Assembly: GCA_028534125.1 (NCBI GenBank)
Contig: CM052817.1
Span: 54,624,001 to 54,688,000 of the forward strand
DNA: 64,000 bases
Direction of reading: 5' to 3'
From: Lama glama
Lineage: Eukaryota
How positions within the stretch are numbered: the first letter of the stretch is position 1; each line of letters begins with the position of its first letter. Positions 1-14,649 of this stretch are shown piece after piece. Made by a program: the position numbers and the translations under genes. A model generated the notes under the pieces. The model was not told the origin of the DNA and searched no databases. It saw only the letters and a program-made list of their open reading frames with translations.

Positions 1-680
1 TAAATCATCGTATTTTTTTTAAAGTCAATTGTCTCCTAAGTAAAACTAGGTATCCAGATTTATATGAGGGTGTGGGGAGGGATAACAGTAATTGAACATC
101 TACTATTATCAGCTTCTGTAATCTTCAAAATGACCTTAGTGTTGGACCTTTTCTTTACCCCAATACTTACTTACTAGGAAATGGAGCCCAGAAAGCAGGG
201 CCCCATGAGTAATGTCCTCAAACTGGCAAATGGTGTAAACAAAAGCTCATCTATTATTAAAAACTACCTGGAATTATTATTCTCTGACAAGATAGTATTT
301 TAATTGTAAGTGACATACATCAAATTTTTAGGAGATAGTTCAATATTTAAGGGAAACTGTTATTACTGATAACTTTTGTCCTTATAAAAGCATTGTATGT
401 TACAAGGGAAATAATCTTTTATATTTGAATTTTTGACTTAATTTTTGAAAGCTATGTTAAATTATGGAGCAGTGGACATTTCTGTACATGCATAATTTGC
501 ACATATTTCTGGTTTTCTTTAAGGAGAATGTCTAGTTAAAGGATATGAACTTTTTGAATCTCTTTATTCAACTAAAATTTATTTTCTAAAAAGAAGTTAT
601 AAACAATTACGCTTTCACCTGAGTATATGATTGTGTCTATCTCCAGCACCTATTCTAGCAATAAAAATTATTATTCCTGG

Positions 681-1180
681 NNNNNNNNNNNNNNNNNNNN
701 NNNNNNNNNNNNNNNNNNNNNNNNNNNNNNNNNNNNNNNNNNNNNNNNNNNNNNNNNNNNNNNNNNNNNNNNNNNNNNNNNNNNNNNNNNNNNNNNNNNN
801 NNNNNNNNNNNNNNNNNNNNNNNNNNNNNNNNNNNNNNNNNNNNNNNNNNNNNNNNNNNNNNNNNNNNNNNNNNNNNNNNNNNNNNNNNNNNNNNNNNNN
901 NNNNNNNNNNNNNNNNNNNNNNNNNNNNNNNNNNNNNNNNNNNNNNNNNNNNNNNNNNNNNNNNNNNNNNNNNNNNNNNNNNNNNNNNNNNNNNNNNNNN
1001 NNNNNNNNNNNNNNNNNNNNNNNNNNNNNNNNNNNNNNNNNNNNNNNNNNNNNNNNNNNNNNNNNNNNNNNNNNNNNNNNNNNNNNNNNNNNNNNNNNNN
1101 NNNNNNNNNNNNNNNNNNNNNNNNNNNNNNNNNNNNNNNNNNNNNNNNNNNNNNNNNNNNNNNNNNNNNNNNNNNNNNNN
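681..1180. other. Assembly gap (500 N)
   Basis: Exactly 500 N; probably a fixed-size scaffolding placeholder. Confidence 0.99.
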
Positions 1181-1329
1181 CAAGTTTTTCCACTTCTAGA
1201 AACTAGATAAGATTCAGACTTACAAAGGAGGAAAAAGCCATTACAACTGAAAATGAAGGAATGACATTTAATCCTGGAACAGGGGTGGAGCAGGGCATGG
1301 TGGATTAGTAAAAAAATTTTCTTTTAGAG

Positions 1330-1494
1330 AGTAACTTCTCAAACTTTAATGTGCATATGTATCATCTGAAACATTGTTAAAATGCTTATTTTAATTTAGT
1401 AGGATTGGGATGAAGCCTGAGACTATGCATTTCTTCCAAGATACCAAGAGATGAAATTGCTAGTAATCTATGAACACCATTTTGAGTAGTAAGG
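1330..1494. mobile_element. MER5-like hAT-Charlie DNA transposon relic
   Basis: ttctcaaactttaatgtgcat...gcctgagactatgcatttc...caccattttgagtag resembles the recalled MER5A/B consensus. Confidence 0.75.
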
Positions 1495-1869
1495 ATATAA
1501 AGGTCTAGGCAGTTATTTAGAATTTGACTCAGTGTCCAACTCTCCTTCTTTTAACTCTCCAGGCAATATTAAAATCTGCAGTGCTCAGCTCACTGGTCAT
1601 CAAGTCAAAATGACTTTTGCCTCACAGCTTTTGCTTTCCCTCAACTCCATCATCTCGTTACTTGTGAAGAACCCAGAAACAGATGGCCCTAACAATTTTA
1701 TTTGAGCCCTCTATTAGGATAGAAAGTAGAGATTTAGACAATTTGGTGGTGGTGGCAAAGGACAGCCTTTTTTCATGTCCATTATAGGACTAGATGTAGT
1801 CAGTTTGAAATTTCCCTCTCAACTGGGGTAACAGTAAATATATAAGCCTTTTATTGATTTAGCTCCATA

Positions 1870-2530
1870 CAGGTGATGGATTAGAGCAGGAGGCAAGACA
1901 GGAAAAAAAGACACAGGATGCTGTAATATTCTAGAGGAGAAATGATAATGTTCTAAATTGAGATTGAGACAGGCAGTTGAGATAGAAAAATGAGATCTAC
2001 TTGGAAAGATATTGTCTGTGGAATTGATGGAATTTAGCCCTTGACTTCACATGGGCCATAGAGAGGAGGAAAGAATAATTTTGAATAATATCCAGGCTTA
2101 GAATTTGGGAAACTAGATTTTAATATTGTTTATTGAGTTAGAAAACATTGGAGAAGGAGCAGGAAGAGCTGTTTGGGCTAAATATTCAGGAAAATATCTA
2201 TGCTGAGTGAATTTTGTTTGGAGACTTGAAGACAGAGTGGAAATTATGTAGACAGAGAAACGGAGTTGGTGATGTTGGAGATGATGTTCTAATGACAAGT
2301 GCAAAGGTGCAGGGATATGAAATGTCATACATGGCTCACTGTGCAGCTGGGGATGGGCATGTGTGGGGCAGGGAGTCAAGAGTAAAGTGAGCTGTGAAAA
2401 GTAGGTAGAGGTAAAATCTCAGGTTTTTTGAATGCTAAATAAAGATTTAGAAATTGTTTCTGAAAATTAAGGGAAGCCATTCAGGAATTTGAGCAGATGA
2501 ATGACATAATCTAATATAAAATTTAGGAAA
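1870..2530 (-). mobile_element. L2 LINE fragments
   Basis: Purine-rich degenerate L2 motifs (ggaggcaagacagg, gaaatgataatg, gggaagccattcaggaatttgagcag). Confidence 0.6.
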
Positions 2531-2899
2531 AGAGGAAGGGAAACATCATTTTATCAATGCATTTTATGGAACAGGGTTTATGTTAGTTATCTTGCATGGA
2601 AGAGAATGGCATTGGGCTTCTAAAAAACTGATGATGAATTGCTGCAACTCCAAGCATGAGAGGTGGAGCTCCATTCATAGGACACAGGGAAGCTTTTCTT
2701 TAAGAAATGCACCCTGTGTTAGTATTCATTTTCATAGTTAACGTGATTATATTACCTCTTAATACAATGACCTGGCCACCCTGCACACCCCTACTGTAGT
2801 TACTTTTTCTGGGTGGTGAGTACAAAGTCTTCCATGTGTTTGTCTCTAATACACTCTAAAACTTTTAGAAAATCTATAATGTTCCTATTGATACATTTA

Positions 2900-5764
2900 T
2901 CCATATAAAGTTAAATAATTTTTTTCTTGGAGACATCTCTCCTATAGGTCTTTACCTATAAAATATAGACTTCTCTCCAGGCTGAAATATAGATGCTGTT
3001 TTTGAGACTTCCTTTTACCTTAATTTTGTGAAATCCCTTTTCTCTGGTGTTGAATTACCCAGTTCCTAGATATCATCTCTTCCTGTTTTGGTTTTACTCC
3101 CACATTCTAGTGAAGTACACTCCCTAATAGGTTCTTGACAAATGATGCATAGGAGATAAAACTTCCTGGTATTTGTATGCCTGAAATGTTTTTATTCTAT
3201 TCTTCTAATGACTAATATTTCAGGTGGAAATAGGATTTTATATTGCAAATATTTTCCCCAGGAAGATTAGGGATACTGATACATTGTCCTCTGTCTCTAG
3301 TGTCCCTGTTGATATGTTCTATACCATTCTGATAGCAGATATTTCATGTGACATTGTTTTTATTTTTAATACTGGAATTGCTTATGATGGTTTATATAGT
3401 GCCAGAATTTACACAGTACTATGATTTATTGAGAGTATATTTTCACTTATTTAACTGGGCAATGGATCCTTTTAATTTGGAAACATTTTTTCTTCATTCA
3501 GAGAAATGTTCTTATTTCCTTTCTAAATTTATTCTTTAATTGTTAGAAATTTTAATGTTTAAATTTTGGCGCTCCTGGACTGTGCTTCTAATTTTTGTAG
3601 TTTTTTTTCTCATTTAATATCTACTTTTTCCTTTTGTCACACTTCCTTTACCACCTTTAAAAAATAGCCCCCATGATATTATCTACCTCCTTTCATTTCC
3701 TAAATTTGCTGAAAACAATAATCTACACATCCAAGAAGCATAACTAGCTCCAAGTAAAATAAATACAAAGACAATCACACCCAGATACATCATGGTCAAA
3801 ATGTTGAAAGCCAGAAATCTTTGAATGCAGTAAGGGGAAAAATAACTCATTTCATACAACATACAAGAAAAGCCCAGTAAAATTAACAGCTAAGTTCTCT
3901 TAAGAAAGAATGGAGGCCAGAAGGTAGTGCAGCAACATATTCAAATTGATGAAGGTAAAAAACAAAACAAAACAAAACAAAACTGTCAACCAAGAATCTT
4001 ATATTCAGCTAAACTATCTTTCAGAAATTAAGGTAAAATAAAGGCATTCTCAGATAAACAAAAGCAGAGAATCTGTTGCTAGCAATCCCACTTTATGAAA
4101 ATACTATAGAAAGTACTTAAGGCTGAAAGCAGGTGACACCAGACAGTAATTCAAATCCACGCACACACCCAAAGAGTATCAGTAAAGGCAATTATGTGGG
4201 TAATTATAAATAACAGTATAATTGCATTTTTATTCTTCTTTTTTTTAACTAATTAAAAGATACTTGCATAACAATATGTGTATAATTATATTGTAGTCCT
4301 TTTAACATACAGAAATGTAATGTATTTGATAAAAACAGCAAAAAGGAGGTGGGTGGGAGCAAAGCTTTATTTGAGTAAAGAAATGATATCAGATGTTAGC
4401 TTGAATTCATAGGAAAAAAATGAAGAGAATCAAAAATGATAAGTAAGATTAATATAGCCATCTCTATAAATACATTATTTTCTCTCTTATCTTTAAAAGA
4501 CATATAAAATGTAATAATTATAACAATGGATTGTAGGGTTTGTAACATATGTAAATATAAGAGAATAATAAAAACAGAACAAAAATGGGGGAGAATGCAG
4601 CTATATATGAGTAAAGTTTTTATATTTCATTGGAATTAAGTTAATATAAATCTCAGTTTGGAAGTTAAGAAATATATGGTAAGCCCTAAAGCAATTGCTT
4701 AAAAATAATTTCAAAATATCATTAAAGATTATTAAAGGAATTAAAGTGTTACCAGAAAGTATTCCTTTACCACAAGAGAAGGCAATAAAGGAGGAAATAA
4801 AAATGATGTGATGCATGTAAAATGACAGATGTAAATCTAACTATATTCATAACATTAAACATAAATGAATTAAATAATCAAATCAAAAGTCAGATATTAT
4901 CAAATTGAATTAAAAAATAAACAGGACCCAACAATATGCTGTCTACAGAAAACATTTTAAATTTAAAGACACAAATAGTTTGAAAATAAAAGGATGGAAA
5001 AGATACATCATGTAAACAGAAACCTTAAGGATAAAGACTTAAAACAAATAGACAAAACAAATAAAACAAAAAGAATTTAGTAAATTGACTTATAGAAGTC
5101 CACAGAATGTTTGAGCAAAGACTACTGTTTCCCTAAGGAACCAGATTGCAGTGACTGAGGGCTTTTTGCGGAGACTGGTCAGTTATTCCAGAGAGAAAAA
5201 TTCCAGCTCTTGTCAAGGGCAGAGTAGGTACAGGTTCGGTGGTGTTGTGATCTCAGCCTCCTAGGTAACACTCTGAGAGCTTGGGAGTAGGTGGCCCAGA
5301 GAGAGACTTCACCATTTCAGATGTGACTTTTCCATCTGCATCTTTCTTCTACCAACCTGTGCCCATATTCCCAAGACTAGATATTTTTCATGTTCAATTT
5401 CTCTAAAACTGGAGTCCTCTGCTAGTTTGAGACAGAGTAGTTGCCTAAATGGAAAATGTAGGAAAAGAGATTTAGGGGGGAAATTTTTAAGTTTTCAACC
5501 TCAAATATTTTTATTCAATTATATTTTTAAAAACCTTGACCCATAATTCATCCTTAATCCTTTCTAGACTTTCCGACTGGAATTCACTTTCTCCTAACTG
5601 CCATGGCAACTACTTTCTATCTGCTTTTCATTTTCCAAATATTTACCCTTCTCCACCTTGTCTTCTTGACTTTTTTTCTCCCCCTTTTATTGTCATTTTA
5701 CTGGGGTTTTGAAGGCAGCAAAGATAAATGTAATCACTTAATTTACCATGTTTAATCCTGAAGT
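2900..5764 (-). mobile_element. Ancient L1ME/HAL1-like 5' region, split by a younger L1 at ~3700-5030
   Basis: ttggttttactcccacattctag...gcataggagataaaac...cctgaaatgtttttattc, and the terminal ccatgtttaatcctgaagt resembling an old L1 5' end. Confidence 0.5.
3700..5030 (+). mobile_element. Old L1M fragment: ORF1 C-terminus, inter-ORF region and start of ORF2 endonuclease (degenerate)
   Basis: cacacccagatacatcatggtcaaaatgttgaaagcc (ORF1); gacccaacaatatgctgtctacagaaa and aaaggatggaaaagat (DP.ICCLQ..KGW motifs of the endonuclease). Confidence 0.85.
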
Positions 5765-5980
5765 ACAACCCCTCAGAAATAGGTCAGCAAAGTAAAAATA
5801 ATAAGCTTTTGTTTTAAGTACTGAGTCAATCACACTGATGGTGTTAAATGAACAGGTTACATATTTTCTTTGTTACATGTTTTCTCAGTGGGAAGACATA
5901 CATAATAATACCTACCTCGTAGGTCTGATGTGAGAAAAGATATGTACAGAGCTTTCATGGCTTACTTCTTTGTGGCTGTA

Positions 5981-6006
5981 ATCATCATCATCATCATCAT
6001 CATCAT
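5981..6006 (+). repeat. (CAT)n microsatellite
   Basis: atcatcatcatcatcatcatcatcat seen directly. Confidence 0.95.
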
Positions 6007-7734
6007 TATTTTGGCTCCAAATAAAAACAGTTTGGCCCAAAGTGCTTATATCAGTGTTTGAAATTCTTCAGCTACTTAATAATATAACATTATTATTAAA
6101 TTTAAATAAGATTATCCAAGTAACCAAGGACTGATATATTTCAAGCTATTGTTCTGTCTTAGTCATAAAGAATTTGCTTTAGAGAGAACATGGATCATAA
6201 TTTTGTGATCTATTAAGTCTGAACAAGAGATGAGAAAGCCAAATTTAGTTTTGGAGGTTGTGGTGGAATGAGGTAATAATAATGTGACCAGAGTTGTATT
6301 AGTACTATAAAAATTTAAGTCCTTAGAAATATGAGATTTGTGAGACGTTATTATTTATATATGATATTTGAGGAGAAATTCAAGATATGTAGTTTTTTTG
6401 GCATAGTATGTTAATCACATTGTTTAAATGTACATTTTCCTTTTTCTGTCTTTAGATTTTAAATAGGATGGCTTTATGGCAATAAGTCTTCCTTGATTGA
6501 TACTGCTTGCTTGTATTCATAGGTAGTGTTGTCTTTAGTAATGAATAATTCATTTGTAAAATAACAAGCATATTTTCATCATTCCAAATTAACCACATGA
6601 GTATTAAATGGGAAGTTAACCAGCTCCTTGACAGTCCTGTGAACCAGTAGCCCCAGAGTAAAATATGATTGGCAGAAATGATAAGAACTAAGAATAATAA
6701 AAAATACTCAAATTTTCAGGAATGAGAAGTAAATGCTGATAATCAGTCATAAATAATAAAACTTTGCTATTCAATATTTAATGTGTATGTCAATATATTT
6801 TAAAATGTGATCAGTATCAAAAGCAAAACACTTCTTATTTGTACAACATTCTTTTCTGAACAAGAGCCTTCCAATATTCATGTGCTTCATAAATGTTTCC
6901 TCTGTGTAGAGACAACTTTATTCAGGGAAGATAATTTTTGAATGCACAATTATTCCATTAATGAAATATTTTTCAGAGTGGCTGCTTTGCACACATTTCA
7001 TTCTACTACACCTAGAATTGCTGTGTTTTGATACTGATTAATAAGTTGTCAATGTATTTTGTAAACATTCTCAGGGAAAGTAGTCTGTAAAACAGTAAAA
7101 CTGCTGGAGCACAAATATTTATCACTGATCCAATAAGATTTTACGTACCCTGTAAATGCAATATTACATATTTTATGCTTCCTCCATCTTTGGTATAATA
7201 TACATTCAGTTTTCTTCCCATGAAGTTTAATTTCATAATCAGTAGATATCTCTGAACATTATTTTGTTACAGCTTCATGGGTACTGGATGTTTACAGGGA
7301 GTCATTATTTTTCCCTCGGGTAGTGATAAGGAGCCAGACAAGCTGAACTCACATTGTTTATATTTTGAAATCATGCTTGATATATATGCTTCTCTCTTCC
7401 ACTTACTTTGAAGTCTATCACTAGCTCACCTAACAGATTATGTAGTGTCATGGACATCAAAGTCAAGTTCAGAAGAGGGTACATTTAATTAAATAACAAA
7501 ATGAAGGAAAATCTGTTTCAGTTTTTGGTTTTGGTGGTTAGTAGGGAAAAAGGAATTTTTGATCCTTCCAATTGCTTGAAAAATCTTGTATTACATATTC
7601 AAGTATACACAATTGAATATTTGATAATGTGTATGTATATACATGTACACATTTACATTTATATATGCACTGTAGTATAGTAAACCAGTTATAATAACTA
7701 GAATTAGTTTTGTGAAGAAGAGGGTTATTCAGTA

Positions 7735-7915
7735 AAAGAGGCTGGATAAGAAACTGAGAATTTAAAATTTGATTGCCAGTTCTGTCACTGAATTGTTTTG
7801 TGAACTTACACAAATAACTCATTCTTTTTATTTCTTCTCTAAAATAGAGATTGCCACCTCACCTCACTAATGGATTTGTGAGAGGGAATAAAATGAATAA
7901 TGAATAAATGAATAA
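7735..7915 (+). mobile_element. MIR SINE
   Basis: ccagttctgtcactgaattgttttgtgaac...taaaatagagat...cacctcac...gtgagag MIR core. Confidence 0.6.
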
Positions 7916-8087
7916 AAAAGACTTGAGAAGTAAGTGGCTAGTGACTGCTGTTGAAACACTTCATAGCCTCAAGACTGGAGCTGCAGGAGTACCTAACTTT
8001 TTGCATTGTACATATTTGAGTTATCAGGGTCTGTAAAGTCAAGTCTTGGTTATAAACTCTGAAGGCAATTGTTCCTGAATATTGTTT

Positions 8088-8297
8088 GCTTTAGTGGAAA
8101 GAGCAGTAGCGCTAGGATTCACTGTACTGACCTCTAGCCCGAGAAATGCCACTCATTCTGCAAGGTCAGATGATATTTCTCAGGAAATATTTCCTCATTT
8201 GGAAAGATTGGATGATCATCCTTTTTATTCATATGGTTATTGTGAAGATCACAATACTTTGAAGGCCAGGAAAGCTGTTTGGAAAATGTGAAGTGTT
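8088..8297 (+). mobile_element. MIR SINE
   Basis: tagtggaaagagca...tttcctcatttggaaagat...ggttattgtgaagatc. Confidence 0.65.
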
Positions 8298-9738
8298 CAG
8301 AAATCTGCAATGATTTTCAACTCAAGAATGTTCATAATTTTATTTGTTTGTTTATTTTAGTTAAACAATTTTCCTTCTACTAGGAGTTCCAACGATGGTT
8401 ATCAAAGCTCAGACCACACTTTTGTAAACTTCTGGGTCGACTACTTTATCATTGTCCTTTTTTTGGAAAAGTGAACTGTACACATATATGTATTTTTCTC
8501 AGTACCCATATAATCTTCATTCTTTACCAGCCATGATTTAGACAAATTCAGATGAGGCCATTGTGTGATCACTAATAACTGTTCAGTCACCAAAATTGAA
8601 GATTTCTTTTCACTTCCTTTTCTTATCATATTGTCCACAATATTTGAAATTATTAATCATTCCTATTTTTCAAAATCATTGTTTACTTGTTTTATTTAAA
8701 ATGATCCATGCTAGTACATCCATGAGTTCTTTTCCCTTCTCTTCCTTACATTTCTATATCTACTCTTCTGCCCATGAAATGTAGTTAATACTCAAGGTCT
8801 GCCCTCGTCCTTTTTTTCTCTTTTCTTCCCTTACCCATTTTTATTTCATTATTAAATTCTTATCTACGGCTTCAACTATCATTCAAATGGAGTTAATTGT
8901 CACTTCTGTCTCTATCTTTAATATCTACTACTTGTCTCTTCTAACTGTCTATTACTCCCCTAAGTACCTTTCAGATTGGAGAAACTTCCCACTACGTCAT
9001 CAATGTGTCTGCCTTTTCTCACTTCCATTTCCCCATCTTTGCCAGCTGGAATGCTGCATGTGCAGTTGTTGCATACATTCTATGGTTTATAAAGCCTTTT
9101 TACCAATTAAATTAAAAATTGGAAGTTAGTAATTAAGTAAAAATATACTAAATTTTAAATAAAATTGGTTGTGCACATTTAAAAATATGTATGTAAAATT
9201 AGAATTGTAAAAAAATTAAAAATAAGATTACTGTAGGCTGAACATTTATAATAAATTTTGCTCAGTTTTCATGAAATGAATTCAGGCTCAGTGGGAGTTG
9301 ATATCTTTTTCTACCTGTTTTTTTAATGGACAGAATGGAGTTATATGGAGAGTCAAAATTTAATTCATATCTATAGCACATTGTGTTAACTATATTTTTC
9401 TTTTACCTTGTTTCTTAATGAAGGAGACAGATGTATATTCTATCATCCAAAAATGCTAAATGAATGCTTAAAGGATATGTTTTCTGTACTAGGGATTTTG
9501 GAGGACACAAAAAATCAGGCCCAGTTTTTGTGTCGAGGAACTTATGGCCTTGATGTAAACGTATATGAGAGGAGATGTGTGAAAAATATTTATAGGACTA
9601 TATAGAAAAAATAAGTGCCTTAAGAGAGAGAGGAAGTGCTATGTGAATTTTATGATATATGATAAAATATGCGTGCCTTGGTTTTTAGCCTCATATTGGA
9701 ACTGCAGTGTTTATTTTCCCTTAATGTCTGCAGTTTTT

Positions 9739-10132
9739 TTCCCTTTTTTCAAAAATTTGAAATATAGTTGATGTACAATATTATATGTTATAGGTAAACA
9801 ATATAGTGATTCATAAATTTTGAAGGTTATACTCCATAGTTATTATATAATGTTGGCTATATTCACATGTTATGCAATATATCCTTGTAACTATTTTATA
9901 CATAATAGTCTGTACCTATTAATCCCCTGCCCCTATATTGCCTCTACCCATCCACTCTCTCCCTCCTGATCCACGCTAGTTCGTTCTTCGTATTTGTGAG
10001 TCTGTTTCTTTTGCATTATTATCACTAGTTTGTTGTATTTTTTAGATTTCACATATAAGTGATATCACACAGTATTTGTCTTTTCTGACTTATTTCACGT
10101 AGCATAGTACCCTCCAAGTTCATCCATGTTGT
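9739..10132 (-). mobile_element. 5'-truncated L1 3' end (L1MA9-like, laurasiatherian) with 12-bp TSD
   Basis: L1 3' UTR motifs; TSD tctgcagttttt at 9727-9738 and 10133-10144. Confidence 0.9.
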
Positions 10133-10159
10133 TCTGCAGTTTTTCTTAATGAGAAGCTG

Positions 10160-10390
10160 AATTGTGTGGTGGCTAGGCTCATGGCTCCTAGAGCCACACA
10201 GCCTAGGTCACATCTGTCAGCCGTTACCCACTATTTATATGCTCTTGGTCAACTTAAGCTAAGTCTCATTTTCCTCATCTGTAAATGGGGACAATAAACA
10301 TAGCACACACTTCACATGATCATTACAAGATTTAAATTAGATGTATTTATAAAACACTCAACAATGTCTGCTTTGTGGTAAGTGGTAAGG
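10160..10390 (+). mobile_element. MIR SINE
   Basis: gtctcattttcctcatctgtaaatggggacaataa MIR core. Confidence 0.85.
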
Positions 10391-13300
10391 ATGTGAAAAC
10401 TTAATTTCTTAGTGATAATTACTTCTGGTTTTACTTGGCTTGGATTAATTTAGGTCTCATATTTACTTACTTCTAAAACTTCAGAATACTCCCATCTAAG
10501 AATCTGACAATAGGCAATGATAAAAAGTTTTGATCATAAAATCAAGCAGATATTGGCAGATTTCATCCAAAATTATGGATGGAAAACATACTATCAGTAT
10601 AAAATTATATGTTCTAACAACATATTTTGATTTTAAAAGGTATAATTCAAGCAAAAGAATTTTTAAATCTCAGAATCATAAAGAAGATAATTTCCCATTT
10701 CTCCCAGTATTTGTCCTAAAGTATGTTATCTGGTTTTTGTAGAAATCTCTAGGGACAGGTTAAGTTAAGAATGCTATCAGTATGTATGCAGTAACCACTT
10801 TTATTCCATTCTCTTCCAGCTGTAATGGGTAGTAGCAACTCAAAATGTTCAATTTTAATTTCCCAGCTCTCCTTTAAAACACAACCTTTACCAAGTTGTA
10901 ATATATGCATTTATTTATTAACAATACCCTGCAACATTAATCCCCATTTAATAGTGTTTCAAATGCAGTGGAATTTAATTTTACATATTAGACTTGTGAG
11001 AACCTAGTTGAAATATGCAAGTCTTGATTACATATAGCTATATTTGAAAGCTGAATTTCATTTTAATGTTTCCATAGCTATTTCTCAGAACTTCATGATA
11101 AGATATGATCATTTTCCATTATTTCTACAGTATGACATTAATATTATAGCATCCTTTATGTTGGGAAATTAACATAAAAATTTTGGTGGCGAAGTATATA
11201 TAATTCATTTTTCAGTTATGGGTATTTTGAATTTGAGAATTTTTTGTTGTTTCTGAAACTATAGTCATTATTCACATTTGCAAATTGAAAAGGATTTGAG
11301 ATTAAATTATTTGGACACAAAGGTCAACTTCACAATTTGTTCAAAAAAATCATGAGCATGCATGATGGGAAAGAAATGGTAAGTGTGTTCAAATAGAGGT
11401 ATGATATATTTCATAGCAAATTTCTAATCGTTTACAGGAATATCTGCCAAATCATTTGGCTCGGAATGTTTTTATTATATTATATATGAGATGTATTATT
11501 ATAATAAAATATATCTTTTAAAAATAACAGTTTATAAATATATAACTTATATGAAAATATAACACATAATGCATCATTATATGATCTTAAGGTGCAATAT
11601 ATAAATACAATTATATGAAAATTTGGGCATGGAATCTATGTGAGTAGTCACTTCTAGGAATTTTTAAAAATGTTTCAGAAGTGAGTCAGAACTAGAGTTT
11701 AAGAACCTGTTTAAAAACAAGAGTGGCTGAATCCTATGAGTATGGAACCAGAGACCCTTAAAGCCCACATAATCAAAGGTGAAGATGATTCCAGCTTGAG
11801 ACTGAATTATCTTAAAAATGGCCTCAGCTGTAGAAAAGAAGAAGGGTGTAAAGGAAGGTTACCCTGAAGGAAAATGTAATAAAGCAAATATTTAAAGTTA
11901 AAGTAATCAAGAAAAGGACTAGAGAGGTGGTGCCAATGATGATGCATATATGAACTGGAAAAAAATGAGAAAAGTCCAATATTTATGATCAGTACAGATA
12001 AATACACACAAAATAGTGACAGAACATTAGAGATGGTTATTAACTAGAATGTGGCTCTAGAAGATAAGACTGAAATAACTTTGGAGTAGTCCCCGCTGAT
12101 TCTTACCTTCGTCCTTCACCTTTATTCCAGAACAATGAAGGAGTTCAGTACCCGCCCTTATTCTTCTCCCCTTCTTCCCCTCCTTCTCTCATCAAAATAT
12201 TTTTTAGCTATTAATTGTACTAAATTAGTCTCAGGAAAATAACTGATTGATGTATCTATCATATTATATATACGGCTGCCTATTCTTTCCATTTATTATA
12301 TTGACCTTGGGCCTAATGTTTTCTCTCCTTTAACCTGGAATTTTCTGATTTCAAGTTTTGGATGGATTGACTAAATCTATCTGGTTAAGCAACTCCACAT
12401 TCATGTCCCTCATTTTACCTGTCTATAAAGTGGATTGCTTGCTGAAGTACAATACCAAATAAACTTTAAAAAATTGTTGGTAAAAATATCTTTCTTTAAA
12501 TCACTTGTACAGTAAATAATAAAGAAATATCAATGTACCAGAGACATTAGAATTTTTCCAGTTTACAGTGCAAAATTATGTAATTACATGAAACTGGCTA
12601 AAGGATAAATTGAACTGTAAGAAGTATTCAGATGTGATAACCAGGTCAATCAGTTCTGCCACCTGAATTGCTGTGACAAAAGTTCTTATGCACCTGCTCA
12701 AACTACTAATATAATTATTAAAAGAGAGGAATACTCTTGTTCATGTGGATTCTAATGTAATATGATTTTGTCTACCTTTTTTTTTTAATGAATGAGAGGA
12801 CAGTGTAATTCATGCTTAAACATAGGTGCATCACACACCCAGTCTCTCAAATGGACAGATAATGTCTAATCACATTTTGAAATGCCTGATACCTATTTTG
12901 TTTAAGCTTGAAACGTATTTGATTCTGATCATTATTCTTAAATGTAGTTCTTGCCTTGATTTAATGTGGTTATATCTTTCTTACATTTAAAAAATCCACT
13001 TATTATTTATTATTTAATTTCCTTGCATTTGCTACATTATTAGTAGAATATTTTAGTACCTAACCCTAAAAGTAGATTCCTTCTTTTTAAAGAGTTTTAA
13101 TGAAATAAAAGGGAAGCTTCATGAACTCCTAAGTGTTTAGTAAATGTTCTCAATAGTGATAATAACTTTTTGGTAGTTTAGTTCCACCTACAGTATAACT
13201 TCAGACAGATTTGGTCCAACTTACAGTATTATTTCAAAGCAGATTTGAAAGGGAATCTTGATTTTTATTTCAAACTCCTTTGCTTACATTTATATAATTT

Positions 13301-14649
13301 TTGAAGATAATTTATGAAGATGATCTGATAATAAATTCCTTCTTAAACCCTTTATAATGATTTTAGAGTTCTTTCAATTTAATAACTAATGCACACATTT
13401 ATTTTAAAAACACTCATTTTTAAATTTTTTACCTTAAATTACAAAAATGAAATGCATTCAAAGGTGGACAAAACTAAAATACAGTGAGACTACAAGAAGC
13501 CATGTGTTGTTTAGAAATGAATAATCATTTAAATATGTTTCTATTTAGGAAGTGACACAAGGAAGTTTGATTTACAAAATTGGTTGAAATATGCTAATGA
13601 AATCAAATAGCAAATAGAACCATAATTTTGTTTGCTACTTTTTACTGTCACTGATTTTAGTTGTTGGTTGAAACAGAGGGATAGTAGATGCCTTTTTAAA
13701 AAATACATGTTTATTTGTTTTTATATTGATTGTCTTTCCTAGAATTTAAATCCTTTATCATTCTGTAAGCATTGTGAGGATTGCCTTTTTTCAATCACTT
13801 TGGTTTCTGAAGCACCTTCAAAAAGCCTCTAAATACTTCTAGATGTTCAAAATCCTTAAAGTTATATTAAATGATATCTATTTTTTTAGATAGGTGAAAG
13901 TAGCAGAGAAAGACTGGGTACCTTATCCTTAGTTATAAATCTGAAATAATTTAAATGATTTAGAAGTTAATTCAAGAAAATAATTCTTTTCAAAAACCGT
14001 ATACCAGTTATATAATAAACAAAACAATTATTGCTATCTGTCTGGCTTTTGTTGGATATTACCTATTAATAGAATAAATTGCATGTTTTGAAATGAAAAT
14101 AAACTGAAGATGGCTGCACAATTCTAGGAAAAAAATATGTGTTCTTTCAATTTACCAGAGATTGTGAAAGCTTATTATTGAGGAGATCAGGATTATACTT
14201 GTAAAGAATTGGATGTGAAACCATAAAATACCTGCTCATTGTTTCACGTGAGTGTTCTTAATAATGCCTCAAGATTTGTGAAAATCAGGTAAAGCCATAT
14301 GATGCTGCCACAAATAAGTCTAAAATGCTGTTAACCAGGTCTACTGTACTGTATTATCTCAGCCTAATTCATTTACCATCAAGTAATAAGATCTAGTAAA
14401 ACTCCAGTGTCTTTTTACCGCAGATGGTACAGTTATTTCGATGGAATTACAGCAAGATACTTAGCAATTATATTGCAGGTATTAATGGAAGATAACATTG
14501 CCTTAGAACTAACGAGTTAATAGTATTGATACTTTGGGATAGATAGATCCTTAGGGAAGAATATCAGGTATTAGTTTACTAGATAATTTTATGCTTTTAT
14601 TCAATGGACATTTGAAGATTTTCTATAATTTTTATTAAATAAACTTGAA

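Noticed and set aside
615..1206. Long ORFs of 170-192 aa
   Set aside because: Artefacts of translating the N gap
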